From Deltaproteobacteria bacterium (GTDB lineage Bacteria; Myxococcota; Kuafuiibacteriia; Kuafuiibacteriales; Kuafuiibacteriaceae): a stretch of 64,000 nucleotides of DNA. The stretch spans positions 346,361 through 410,360 of the forward strand of contig JAVJQW010000046.1 in assembly GCA_040218735.1 (NCBI GenBank), written 5' to 3'. The number at the start of each line of letters is the position of its first letter. The stretch's first letter is position 1. Positions 10,100 to 19,624 of the stretch are shown here, piece by piece. A model generated the notes under the pieces. The model saw only the letters and a list, made by a program, of their open reading frames with translations, had not been told where the DNA came from and ran no database searches. The position numbers were made by a program, and so were the translations under genes.

Positions 10100-12049
10100 A
10101 TGTCCATGCCGAGAATGCTCCTGCTCCTCCTGGCCCTCGCGGTGTCCTGCACTGCGCCGAAGAAGGCGGAGGCTCGTAACCTCACCTGCGCGGACCTCCC
10201 GAGCCTGTTCTTCGCGTTCGGACACCGGCACTACACGGTCGACAACATCGACGAGACGATCGAGCGCCGGACCGCCAAGCGGTTCGTCGAGTCCGTCGAT
10301 CCGTCGCGCACGCTCCTCCTCGAGGCGGACGCGACCAAGCTCGAGAACAAGCTGCTGCTCACGTTCGAGTCGCTGCGCACCGGGAGCTGCCCGGCGCTGG
10401 ACCAGGCCGCGCTGCTGGTGATCGAGCGGGCGAAGGAGGACGTCGACACGGTCAAGGCGATCCTCGGCAAGAAGAAGTTCGAGATCGACGAGTCGATCGA
10501 GCTCGTCACGGACCCCGACAAACGCGGCTACGCGAAGACGACCGAGGCGCGCAAGGAGCTGGTCCGCAAGATGGTGCACTTCCAGATGCTCGGCATGCTG
10601 GAGGCGAAGGTCAGCGTCGCGGACGCGAAGAAGCGTCTGATCCACCGCTACGAGCTCATCGTGAAGCGGCTCGAAGAGCGGCGCGAGGGCAAGGAGTTTC
10701 CGGGGTTGTTCGCGGAGGCTTTCGCCGGGTCGTTGGATCCGCACTCGTCGTACTTCTCGGCGCGGGTGCTCGAGGACTTCCGGATCTCGATGACGCTGTC
10801 GCTCGAAGGCATCGGCGCCGCGCTGCGGACGCGGGACGGCTTCGTGGTGATCGAGACGATCGTGCCCGGCGGCGCGGCGGACCGCGACGGCACGTTGCAG
10901 CCGAAGGACAAGATCATCGCGGTGAAGCAGACCGGTGAGGACGCCGTGTCGACCATCGACATGGACCTGCGCGACGTGGTCGCGATGATCCGCGGCAAGA
11001 AGGGGACTTCCGTCACGCTGAGTGTGCTGCGCGAGGGCGACAACACCAAGACCTTCGACATCACGATCGTCCGCGACAAGGTCGACGTGAAGGAGCAGGC
11101 CGCGAAGATCGAGTACGAGACGATCGGCGCCGGCAAGAAGAAGACGAAGATCGGCGTGATCGAGCTGCCGTCCTTCTACGGCGACAGCAAGGGCAAGCGT
11201 TCGTCCTACGAGGACATGAAGAAGCTCCTGAAGGAGGCCAAGAAGAAGAAGGTCGACGGCATCGTGGTCGACCTGTCCGCCAACGGCGGCGGCCTCCTCG
11301 ACGAAGCGGTGCGCATCGGCGGGCTGTTCATCGACGTCGGCGCGGTCGTCTCGACGAAGGACTCGGACGGCGTGACCGTGCTCGCGGACGAGGACGACGG
11401 CGTGGTGTGGTCGGGGCCGCTGGTGGTGCTGGTCAGCCCGATGAGCGCGTCGGCTTCGGAGATCCTCGCGGGGGCGCTTCAGGGCTACCACCGCGCGGTG
11501 GTGGTCGGCGGCGAGCGGACGTTTGGCAAGGGCTCGGTGCAGGCGTTGATGCCGCTGCCGGACGGCGTCGGCGCGATGAAGGTGACGACCGGGATGTACT
11601 TCCTGCCGACGGGTGCGTCGACGCAGCAGACCGGCGTCGCGTCGGACATCCGCATCCCTTCGCTGCGCGATGGCTACGACCTCGGTGAGCGTGAGCTCGA
11701 TTACTCGCTGCCGCCGCAGTCGATGCCGCCGTTCCTCTCGGACAAGGCGAACCCGCCGAAGGGTGAGGACCGCTACCGCGAGGTCTCGAGCGCGATGATC
11801 ACGCAGCTCTCGAAGTCGTCCGCGAAGCGCGTCGAAGGGGCGAAGGTCTTCGGCGAGATCAAGAAGGACCTCGAGGAAGCCAAGAAGAACCAGGGCGTCG
11901 TGAAGCTGAAGGAGCTGCTGTCGAAGTCCAAGGACAAGAAGGGCGAAAAGGACGACGACGGCGAGGCGGAGCGCAAGGAGTTCGAAGCGCAGATCGCGGC
12001 GGTGCGGACCGAGGCGGTGGCTATCGCTGCGGACCTGGCGCGGATGTAA
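10100..12049 (+). CDS. Carboxy-terminal processing protease (S41A, Prc/Tsp-like), probable lipoprotein
   Basis: LAVSC lipobox, LDPHSSY, PDZ LEGIGA, NGGGLL, SASASEI, TFGKGSVQ. Confidence 0.9.
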   Translation: MSMPRMLLLLLALAVSCTAPKKAEARNLTCADLPSLFFAFGHRHYTVDNIDETIERRTAKRFVESVDPSRTLLLEADATKLENKLLLTFESLRTGSCPALDQAALLVIERAKEDVDTVKAILGKKKFEIDESIELVTDPDKRGYAKTTEARKELVRKMVHFQMLGMLEAKVSVADAKKRLIHRYELIVKRLEERREGKEFPGLFAEAFAGSLDPHSSYFSARVLEDFRISMTLSLEGIGAALRTRDGFVVIETIVPGGAADRDGTLQPKDKIIAVKQTGEDAVSTIDMDLRDVVAMIRGKKGTSVTLSVLREGDNTKTFDITIVRDKVDVKEQAAKIEYETIGAGKKKTKIGVIELPSFYGDSKGKRSSYEDMKKLLKEAKKKKVDGIVVDLSANGGGLLDEAVRIGGLFIDVGAVVSTKDSDGVTVLADEDDGVVWSGPLVVLVSPMSASASEILAGALQGYHRAVVVGGERTFGKGSVQALMPLPDGVGAMKVTTGMYFLPTGASTQQTGVASDIRIPSLRDGYDLGERELDYSLPPQSMPPFLSDKANPPKGEDRYREVSSAMITQLSKSSAKRVEGAKVFGEIKKDLEEAKKNQGVVKLKELLSKSKDKKGEKDDDGEAERKEFEAQIAAVRTEAVAIAADLARM

Positions 12050-13013
12050 CGACCCGCGCGAAGAAGCCGCCCACGACCCACTCCTTGAACCAGACCATCA
12101 CCTGCGTCTCGCCGACCTCGTCGGCGAACCGCTCCTCCTCCAGCACCGACAACGCCTCTCCCAACGTCTGACCGTCGACGAGCGCGCGCAGCACCGCAGC
12201 CATCGCGGGCGTCAGGTCCATGCGCCACAGCCGATACGCTTTGCGGTAGACGGCGGTGGCCGACGGCTCGGCGTCGGGGATGGGGATGGGCGCGTCCTGC
12301 CGGTGCGCCGTGAAGAACGCGTTGGCGGGGTGGTCGAGCTCGAGGAGGCGCAGTGTCTCGGAGGGCGGCAGGCGCACGTCGGCCCACGCCTCCGGGGGGA
12401 GCGCTTCGAGCGCCTTCATCTCGACGGTGTCGTACGGCGGCGCGTGGAGCACTTCGACGAGGGCCCACTCCAGGCGCGCGAGGTCGGCGAAGAACGCGGC
12501 GTCGTCGAGCCACGCCTTCTGCGTTGCGACGAACGCGGGGAAGTGTCGCCCGAAGAAGTTCAGGTTGGGGCGGTCGGACGGATGCGCCTCGATGTACTTG
12601 CGCGCGAGGACCTCGAAGCGCGCGGGGCCGAGTGTGTCGGCGACGACGGGGTAGTCGTCTTCGAGGCACCCGATCAGGCGCGCGTGGTACGCGTACTGGT
12701 AGATGCCCATGCGCTCGACCGCGGACATGCGGTCGGTGGGTTTCACGATCGCTTCGACGTGCTCTGCGCCGAGGCGCTCGGCGACGTCGGCGGCGTCCGC
12801 GATCCCGTCCGCGGCGCTCTTGGGGTTGGTGACGACGGTGGAGAACCAGTCCAGCAGCTCCCCGAACGGGCCTTCGACGGGTTGGACGTCGCGCTGTGGC
12901 CCGGTGGGCGTCGAGGTCGACGGCGCTACGACGGAGGCGCTCGCGCGCTCGGTCTCGAACGCGTCGTCCTTGCCGTCCGGCGAGGGGGCCGGTCCCTGAG
13001 GGCGTGAGCGCAT
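12021..13013 (-). CDS. DUF2063-family MNIO partner protein (HvfC/BufC-like)
   Basis: RMGIYQYAYHARLIGCLEDDYP, YIEAHPS..NL..FG..F, DLARLEWA. Strong AGGAGG RBS just upstream of ATG 13013. Confidence 0.8.
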   Translation of the reverse strand: MRSRPQGPAPSPDGKDDAFETERASASVVAPSTSTPTGPQRDVQPVEGPFGELLDWFSTVVTNPKSAADGIADAADVAERLGAEHVEAIVKPTDRMSAVERMGIYQYAYHARLIGCLEDDYPVVADTLGPARFEVLARKYIEAHPSDRPNLNFFGRHFPAFVATQKAWLDDAAFFADLARLEWALVEVLHAPPYDTVEMKALEALPPEAWADVRLPPSETLRLLELDHPANAFFTAHRQDAPIPIPDAEPSATAVYRKAYRLWRMDLTPAMAAVLRALVDGQTLGEALSVLEEERFADEVGETQVMVWFKEWVVGGFFARVVTSAPGPQR

Positions 13014-13053
13014 CGCGGCCTCCTATCCCATGTATGCCGCCGGGGCGCGAACG

Positions 13054-13722
13054 TTACAGGCCGAGGAGGGCGCCGCGTCGCGCGAGGACCTGGGCGCACG
13101 TCGCGGACGTCGGGATGCGGCGCGCGCGGAACGGGTTCTTCTTGGCCTCGGGGTGGGGGCGGCTCGGAAGCGGGTCTTGGAGGCGCTCCGAGGTCGCGCC
13201 GAGGATCTCCTGCTCCAAGCCGAACGTGACGGCGCCGGCGACGCGGTCGTCGCCGACGAAGCGCCCCTCGCTCGCCTGCCAACCGACCTGCTTCACGTAG
13301 ACCTCGCCATCGACGAGGCCCTCGATGCGGACGGTGACGCCGGGGTGGCCGTCGCTGTCCTGGTCGCCTTCGCCGACGACGCGTTCGTAGCGCGGCTCGA
13401 TCCAGCGGAGGCCAGACTCGGCGCGTTCGATCCGCAGCGGTTTGTCGTGTCCGGAGAGCGCGACGACGAACGCGCGCGGGTAGACGGTGCGCACCACGCC
13501 GTGGACCGACTCACTCTCGATCGCGCACACCTTCTCGGTCATCCGGTACTCGTCCCCGACGCGACGGACATCGACGATCGCGATCGCGACCGTCTCGACC
13601 TCCGTGTCGCCGAGGACGGGGACGTCGACGACGGTGGTGGTCCGCTGCGCGCGAACCCACAACCCCGTCACGTCCGGCGGCGCCGTCGCCGCGAGGGAGA
13701 GCATCAGGCCGAGCGTGAACAT
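13054..13722 (-). CDS. Secreted hypothetical protein with DxDxDGHPG motif
   Basis: Signal peptide MFTLGLMLSLAATA, DQDSDGHPGVTV, two Cys; TGATG coupling to the upstream desaturase. Confidence 0.65.
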   Translation of the reverse strand: MFTLGLMLSLAATAPPDVTGLWVRAQRTTTVVDVPVLGDTEVETVAIAIVDVRRVGDEYRMTEKVCAIESESVHGVVRTVYPRAFVVALSGHDKPLRIERAESGLRWIEPRYERVVGEGDQDSDGHPGVTVRIEGLVDGEVYVKQVGWQASEGRFVGDDRVAGAVTFGLEQEILGATSERLQDPLPSRPHPEAKKNPFRARRIPTSATCAQVLARRGALLGL

Positions 13723-15146
13723 CACAGATCCTCCAGGGCGGCGCGCGCCGCGGCCGCACCCGAGAGCATCGCCAGCGGCATACCGCCGCCGGGGTGCGCG
13801 CTGCCGGATGCGTAGTAGAGACCGCGCAGCTTCTTGTCGCGGTTGGGCGGGCGTTTGAAGGCCGCCGAGGGGCCGTTCGACGCCGCCCCGTACAGCGCGC
13901 CGCCGGTGCCCGGGAATCTTGCGGCGAGGTCCTGCGGGGTTCGACTCCAGAGCACCTCGGCGTCCTGCACGGCGTCGGCGGAGATGAGGCGAGCGACCAC
14001 TTCGTCCTCGACGGCCGCTGCGTCGAGGTCGAACTCCGCGGTGGGTGCATTCACCATGACGAACAGGGCTTCGTGATCCGGCCACGGATCGATCTGCGCC
14101 GACAGCCGCGGTGCGCAGACGTAGACGGTGGGATCGATCGGCGTGCGGTGCGCGTCGAAGACGTCGATGAACTCGTCGATGTAACTCTCGGGGAAGTAGA
14201 CGGTGTGGGCGACGCGGTCTCGTTTCTTCGTCTTCAGCAGCGCCGTCCAGCCGGACATCGAGCGCTCGTCGGGCGTGGAACGCGGGCGCGGGAGGAGTGA
14301 AGTGAAGACGTGTGCGGCGTCCGCGTTGGCGACGACGCCGTCCGCCTCGCGCTCGCCGCGATCGGTGCGGACCCCTCGGGTCGCGCCGTCGCGGGTGACG
14401 ATCTGCTCGACGCGGGTGTCGAGCTCGATCTCGACGCCGAGTGATTCGGCTGCGTCGACGAGCGCGTCGATCATCCGGTGGATGCCCCCGACGACGCCGT
14501 AGCCGCCGAGCCCGATCTCCACGTGTGCGATGCAGTTGAGCGTCGCGGGTGCGCGGCGGGGGTCGGAGCCGTTGTACGTCGCGTACCGAAGGAGGATGGC
14601 GCGGAGGTGTGGGTCCCGGACGCGGGACTCGATCGCGCTCTTCATCGTCGACAGCGGATCGATCTTCCGCACCGTGGCGAGGGTCTTCAACCCGCCCGCG
14701 ACGAGGGAGCTCCAGCGGGGTGCGTCGCCGTAGACGAAGCTCGGCGCGGCGGCGTCCCAGATCTTCGCGGCGTAGTCGAGGAACCCATGGAGCTCGTCGG
14801 CGGCGTTTCGGCCGAGCGTCTCGGCGACGGCGTCGATCGTGTCGTCGACGCGGTGGTGCAGCGTGATCGCGGAGCCGTCACGGAAGTAATAGCGAAACGC
14901 CGGGTCGAACACGACGTAGTCCACCGGGGCGCGACCGGCCTTTGCGAGGAGCTCGTCGAGGATGGTCGGTAGCGTGAGTACGGACGGGCCGGTGTCGAGC
15001 CGAACGCCGTCGACCTCGAACGTGCCCGCCTTCCCGCCGGCCTCGGACGCTGCTTCGACGACGCGTACCGCGTGCCCCTCCGCGGCGAGGTGGATCGCGG
15101 CCGACAGACCGCCCAAGCCCGCGCCGATGACGACGAAACGTGCCAT
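13722..15146 (-). CDS. Phytoene-desaturase-family enzyme, probably CrtD-like hydroxycarotenoid 3,4-desaturase
   Basis: GAGLGGL FAD motif, DTGPS, YNGSDP, GSAHPGGGMP; in the same operon as the crtC-like gene. Confidence 0.75.
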   Translation of the reverse strand: MARFVVIGAGLGGLSAAIHLAAEGHAVRVVEAASEAGGKAGTFEVDGVRLDTGPSVLTLPTILDELLAKAGRAPVDYVVFDPAFRYYFRDGSAITLHHRVDDTIDAVAETLGRNAADELHGFLDYAAKIWDAAAPSFVYGDAPRWSSLVAGGLKTLATVRKIDPLSTMKSAIESRVRDPHLRAILLRYATYNGSDPRRAPATLNCIAHVEIGLGGYGVVGGIHRMIDALVDAAESLGVEIELDTRVEQIVTRDGATRGVRTDRGEREADGVVANADAAHVFTSLLPRPRSTPDERSMSGWTALLKTKKRDRVAHTVYFPESYIDEFIDVFDAHRTPIDPTVYVCAPRLSAQIDPWPDHEALFVMVNAPTAEFDLDAAAVEDEVVARLISADAVQDAEVLWSRTPQDLAARFPGTGGALYGAASNGPSAAFKRPPNRDKKLRGLYYASGSAHPGGGMPLAMLSGAAAARAALEDL

Positions 15147-16231
15147 CACGTCACCTCGTAGACGCGCCCGCGCCACTGGATGCCGCCCGCGACGGCCCAG
15201 CGCCACGAGTTGAGGGCGATCGCAACCACGGCGAGCGCACCGAGCGGGTGAAGGAGCACGCTCGAGAACGTGTGCCCGAAGCGTAGCGCGAGCGCGATCC
15301 GCAAAGCGATGTTCGCCGCGATCGCGACGAGCGCCGGGAGCCCGAGCCACGGAGCCGATACAAACGGGAGAACGAACGTCGCGAGGTAGAGCGCGACGAC
15401 GAACAGCACCGCCCACGCGTTGCCGCCGACGCCGAGGTAGAGGTTCTTCGAGAACCCACTCCAGATCTCGGACCAGCCCGTGTACATGCGGCACTCAGCG
15501 AGGTCGCGCCCGTCGGCGAACACCACCCGGCGCCCGTTGGTCTTCGCGTGTCGGCACAGCGCCATGTCTTCGACGACGGCGTCGCGCACGGCTTCGAAGC
15601 CGCCGAGCTGACGGTAGGCGTCGGGGCGAATCGCGAGGAACTGGCCGTTCGCCGCGAGGAAGCGGACGTTCTTCGTCGCCCACACCAAGGGCTGGAAGAG
15701 CCACGACGTGTACGTCACGTGCAGCATCGGCATGACGATGCGCTCCGCCACGGTCTCGGTGCGCTGTCGCGGGACGGCGGTGACGATCGCCGCGTCGTAG
15801 CGCTGTTCGAGATCCCCGTAGCGCTCCAGCGCAGAGGGATCGAGCACGGTGTCCGCGTCGACGAAGAGCCACCGCGCCCCCGACGCGTGTTGCGCGAGCA
15901 CGTGGCAGGCGTGCGCCTTGCCGACCCACCCCGGGGGGAGCGGCGCTCCGCGGACCAGCTTCATGCGCGGGTCCTCGGCGGCGATGCGCTCGACGATCGC
16001 TGCGGTGTCGTCGGTGGACTGATCGTCGTAGACGACGACCTCCGTCGCGCCCGCGCAGGCGAGGGCGGCGCGCACGCAACGTTCGATCCGCGGCGCTTCG
16101 TCGCGCGCGGGGATCAGAATGGAGACGCTTCGATCCGGGAGGCCGCGTCGGCGGCCGCGCGGCCACCACACGAGGTTGAGGAGCGTGATCGTCAGCGCGA
16201 CGACGGGGAGGACGACGATCAGCCAGGTCAC
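15146..16231 (-). CDS. Glycosyltransferase family 2 (carotenoid glycosyltransferase-like)
   Basis: IPARDE, DDQSTD, GWVGKAHAC, FVDAD, ANGQF, VEDM, GFSKN, WRGR. Confidence 0.82.
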   Translation of the reverse strand: MTWLIVVLPVVALTITLLNLVWWPRGRRRGLPDRSVSILIPARDEAPRIERCVRAALACAGATEVVVYDDQSTDDTAAIVERIAAEDPRMKLVRGAPLPPGWVGKAHACHVLAQHASGARWLFVDADTVLDPSALERYGDLEQRYDAAIVTAVPRQRTETVAERIVMPMLHVTYTSWLFQPLVWATKNVRFLAANGQFLAIRPDAYRQLGGFEAVRDAVVEDMALCRHAKTNGRRVVFADGRDLAECRMYTGWSEIWSGFSKNLYLGVGGNAWAVLFVVALYLATFVLPFVSAPWLGLPALVAIAANIALRIALALRFGHTFSSVLLHPLGALAVVAIALNSWRWAVAGGIQWRGRVYEVT

Positions 16232-17316
16232 GCCGAGGCCTCCAGGCCGAACAGCCGTCGGACGCGCCCGCGCGCAGGACCGGAGAAGAGGGGGTGCCAC
16301 ATCGAGCACGGGCGTGTCGCCTCGTGCACGCGCATCCGCACGAGCGGGCGGTGCAGCGCGCGGTCGATGCGCGACGGTACGACGTGCTCCGCGACGCCGA
16401 CTCGGCCGTCCCGCTCCAGCATCGTCCGCAGGTAGAACGGGCCTTCGTCGACGACGCTTCGCTCGCGCAGCTCCACGACCGAACCCGAAGGTGTGTACAG
16501 CTCGGTGCAGGGAGGGTGCGGCATGCCGTAGAGCCGTCTCGGCGCGCCGTTCGGTTCCTGGTGCGCCGCCGCGGGGAGGAGGGTGACCGCTCCACCTTCG
16601 TCGACGTCGACGAGCCACGCGATCGTCGGCGTGTCCTCCTCGCCCCAGAGCACGTAGTGAATGGAGGTTCGCTCCGCGACGGTGCGGCCCCACGTCCAGC
16701 GTTCGATGCCGAGCGTGTCGAGCGGTTGGGTGCCGACGTTGCGGTCGTGGTAGCCGGCGCCCTCGAACTGGAAGCGGTGCGCTCCGTGCTCGAGCTCGGC
16801 GCGAAGGTGCGCGGGCCCGGTGAGCGGCGTCCACCGGTGGGGGTGAGGCGTCGTATCTGCGTGGGCCGTGTGCGCCGCGGGACCGACGAGATCGATCGTG
16901 CCGCGCAGGCGATGGGTCGAGCGGTAGATCGGACAGTCGATCGTCGCGCGGACGTGATGCGCGCCGGCGTCGCGGCGCACCACGATGTGTGAGTCGCCGA
17001 AGGTGAAGGTGTCGCCGTGCCACGTCGCGTCGGCGTAGGTCTGCAGCAGATAGAAGGCCTCTTCGCCCTTCTCGTAGCCGACGACGTTGAGCGCGGGGCG
17101 CTCGCGCGGGGTGAGCGGTGCGCCGCTCCGCGCGTGCGCGAGTACGTCGGGGAGGAACGGGAGGCCGAACGACCAGATGAGCACGACGCCGTCGCCGTGT
17201 TCGTCGACCGCGTCCACGTACCACCAGACGAACGCGCCGGGTGTGTCGAGCACGCGGGCGTCGACGGCGCGGTTCGGATCGTCGAGCTGAATCGGCGTGT
17301 GTGGTGGTGAAATCAT
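16228..17316 (-). CDS. crtC: CrtC-like carotenoid 1,2-hydratase
   Basis: WWYVDA, GYHDRN.G, WTWGR, GPFY motifs; carotenoid context. Confidence 0.68.
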   Translation of the reverse strand: MISPPHTPIQLDDPNRAVDARVLDTPGAFVWWYVDAVDEHGDGVVLIWSFGLPFLPDVLAHARSGAPLTPRERPALNVVGYEKGEEAFYLLQTYADATWHGDTFTFGDSHIVVRRDAGAHHVRATIDCPIYRSTHRLRGTIDLVGPAAHTAHADTTPHPHRWTPLTGPAHLRAELEHGAHRFQFEGAGYHDRNVGTQPLDTLGIERWTWGRTVAERTSIHYVLWGEEDTPTIAWLVDVDEGGAVTLLPAAAHQEPNGAPRRLYGMPHPPCTELYTPSGSVVELRERSVVDEGPFYLRTMLERDGRVGVAEHVVPSRIDRALHRPLVRMRVHEATRPCSMWHPLFSGPARGRVRRLFGLEASA

Positions 17317-17333
17317 GTTATCGACTCGTCTTC

Positions 17334-18452
17334 GTGGAGGTCGTGATCGTCGGCGCCGGGCCCGCCGGGTGGAGCCTCGCGGCAGCGCTGCGTGATGAGG
17401 GCGTCGACGTCACGCTCGTCGCGCCCGAGCCGCACGCGAGGTGGACGGCGGGATACGGCGCGTTCGCCGACGAGCTCGAAGCGATCGACTGCCCCGCCGC
17501 GTTCGTTTGGCCCCAGACCATCGTCCGCACCGACACGAAGACGATCCGGCTCGACCGCCGCTACGCACGCGTCGATGCGTACGCGCTCCAGTCTCGTCTC
17601 GTCGCGCGCGCGGCGGGGACACACGTCGTCGAGGACACGATTGATCGACTCGCCGCCCAAGAGGCCGTCGGCCGCGTCGCGACGTACCGTGGTGATCTCG
17701 TCTTCGACGCACGCGGCGCGCCCGCCGGGGAAGCGGCCCAGGTCGCCTACGGTGTGTCGGTCGAGCTGGCGGGGCTCGACGTCGATCCCGACGCCGCGAC
17801 CTTGATGGACTTCCGCACCGTCGAAGGCGTGGGCGAACAAGATCCGGGACCGACCTTCCTGTACGCGCTGCCGCGGGGGTCCAGGGTGTTCGTCGAGGAG
17901 ACCTCGCTCGTGTCGTCGCCGCCGGTGCCGATGGAGGCGCTCGCGAACAAACTCGAGCGAAGGCTCGGCCGCCTCACCGACGCGACCGACGAAGAACGTT
18001 GCCGCATCTGGATGGACACGCCGCCGCCGACCTCCGACGCCGGGACGGTTCCGTTCGGCGCCGCCGCGGGGTTCGTACACCCCGCGACCGGCTACTCGCT
18101 CGTGCGGACCCTTCAGACCGCGCCCGCCGTCGCGGCCGCGGCGGTCCACGGGTCCCAGGCCGCGATCGACGCGATGTGGACCGCGTCCCAGCGTCGGGCG
18201 TGGGCGTTTCAGGACTTCGGCCGGAAGCTCCTCCTGAATCTGGACATCGAGCTCACGATCCGTTTCTTCGAAACGTTCTTCGCGCTGCCGGCGCCGCGCT
18301 GGCGGTCCTATCTCGCACCCGCGGTCTCCGCCGAGGACGTCGAGGCGACGATGTGGGCGATGTTCCGAACCGTGCCCTGGACCCTGCAATGGCAGATTTC
18401 GCGCGCGTTCGTGACGCGCGGCGGCTGGCGCGCGCTCCGCGCCCCTCGCTGA
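17334..18452 (+). CDS. Lycopene cyclase (CrtL/CrtY FAD-dependent family)
   Basis: GAGPAG, QVAYG, LMDFR, TFLYALP, FVEETSL, GFVHPATGYS. Confidence 0.82.
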   Translation: MEVVIVGAGPAGWSLAAALRDEGVDVTLVAPEPHARWTAGYGAFADELEAIDCPAAFVWPQTIVRTDTKTIRLDRRYARVDAYALQSRLVARAAGTHVVEDTIDRLAAQEAVGRVATYRGDLVFDARGAPAGEAAQVAYGVSVELAGLDVDPDAATLMDFRTVEGVGEQDPGPTFLYALPRGSRVFVEETSLVSSPPVPMEALANKLERRLGRLTDATDEERCRIWMDTPPPTSDAGTVPFGAAAGFVHPATGYSLVRTLQTAPAVAAAAVHGSQAAIDAMWTASQRRAWAFQDFGRKLLLNLDIELTIRFFETFFALPAPRWRSYLAPAVSAEDVEATMWAMFRTVPWTLQWQISRAFVTRGGWRALRAPR

Positions 18453-18497
18453 ATCTGCCCGTGCCGTTCCCACTGCGCCTTCAACCCACGGGGCGGT

Positions 18498-18541
18498 TTG
18501 TCTAATCCTTGTCGAGAAATTTAGAAATAGAATTTAGACAA
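18498..18541. promoter_or_regulatory. Candidate CarA/CarH operator upstream of crtE
   Basis: AT-rich island with inverted repeat TTGTCTAA (18498) / TTAGACAA (18534), plus TGTCTA and TGTCGA spaced 11 bp (TnnACA on the minus strand). Confidence 0.6.
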
Positions 18542-18559
18542 GACCTGTTCGATCCGCCG

Positions 18560-19624
18560 ATGACGGCGTTGCACCACCCCACCGCGCTCGCCCCGGAGGC
18601 TCCGGCCCCGGCGCGGATCTCTACCCCGACCCCCGACGACGCGTTCGCCGAGGTGAAGGCCCTGATGCTCCACCTCGCGGCGGGCGAGCGCTTCGAGCGC
18701 CTCGGCGCGATCGTCCAGGAGCACCTCTTCGCCAACGGCAAGGGGCTGCGCGGCCGCCTCGCGATGGCCACGCTCGACGCGCTCCGCGCCGACCCGCAGC
18801 ACCGGGTCCCGTGGGCCGCGGCGTGTGAGCTCCTCCACAACGCGACGCTGATCCACGACGACGTCCAAGACGGCGACGTCTGGCGCCGCGGCCGCTACGC
18901 GGTTTGGGTTCGCCACGGCAAGGCCCAGGCGATCAACGCCGGCGACCTCCTCCTGATGCTCCCGTACATCGCGGTCGAGCACATCCAAACGGACGACGCG
19001 ACCCGCTGGCGACTTTCCCGCGCGATCGCGCGCCGCGCCGAGAAGACCGTCCGTGGCCAGTCCCACGAGATGTCGCTCCTCGGTACGCAGCAGTGGACCT
19101 GGCCGGCGTACATCGCCGCCGCGACGGGGAAGACCAGCGCGCTCTTTGCGCTCCCGGTCGAAGGTGCCGCGCTCCTCGCCGGCCGTGACCCGGTCGACGC
19201 GCAGCTCCTCGCGGACTGCTTCGAACACGTCGGCCTGCTCTTCCAGATGCAAGACGACGTCATCGATTTGTACGGCGACAAAGGTCGCCGCGCGCCCGGC
19301 AACGACATTCGTGAAGGGTCGGTGACCGCGCTCGTCGTCGAACACCTCGAGCGCCACCCGGAGGAAGAGGAAGAGGTCATCTCGGTCCTCGCGCGCCACC
19401 GCGACGAGACCACCGACGAGGACGTCGCGCACCTGACGCGACGCTTCGACGAGAGCGGCGCGCTCGACGCGGTGCTCGAACGCATCGACCGAATCGCGCA
19501 GCGAACGCTCGACGACCCGATCCTCGACCGCGCGCCCGCGCTGCGTGCGGTCGCCGAAGGTGCGCTCGACAAGGCGCTCCGGCCCATCGACGCGCTGAAG
19601 ATCGCCCGGGGAGGACAGTCGTGA
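18560..19624 (+). CDS. crtE: Geranylgeranyl diphosphate synthase
   Basis: GKGLRG, HDDVQDGDVWRRG, GKT, FQMQDD. Confidence 0.85.
   Translation: MTALHHPTALAPEAPAPARISTPTPDDAFAEVKALMLHLAAGERFERLGAIVQEHLFANGKGLRGRLAMATLDALRADPQHRVPWAAACELLHNATLIHDDVQDGDVWRRGRYAVWVRHGKAQAINAGDLLLMLPYIAVEHIQTDDATRWRLSRAIARRAEKTVRGQSHEMSLLGTQQWTWPAYIAAATGKTSALFALPVEGAALLAGRDPVDAQLLADCFEHVGLLFQMQDDVIDLYGDKGRRAPGNDIREGSVTALVVEHLERHPEEEEEVISVLARHRDETTDEDVAHLTRRFDESGALDAVLERIDRIAQRTLDDPILDRAPALRAVAEGALDKALRPIDALKIARGGQS

Noticed and set aside
12900-13013. DUF2063 N-terminal extension as the remnant of a broken DUF692-DUF2063 fusion
   Set aside because: A strong AGGAGG RBS precedes the ATG, supporting an independent gene.
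15146-17224. 692-aa glycosyltransferase fusion and other N-terminally extended ORFs (13722-15494, 20253-22091, 21880-23775, 42140-44431)
   Set aside because: The extensions overlap neighbouring genes in another frame; true starts are downstream with stop/start coupling.
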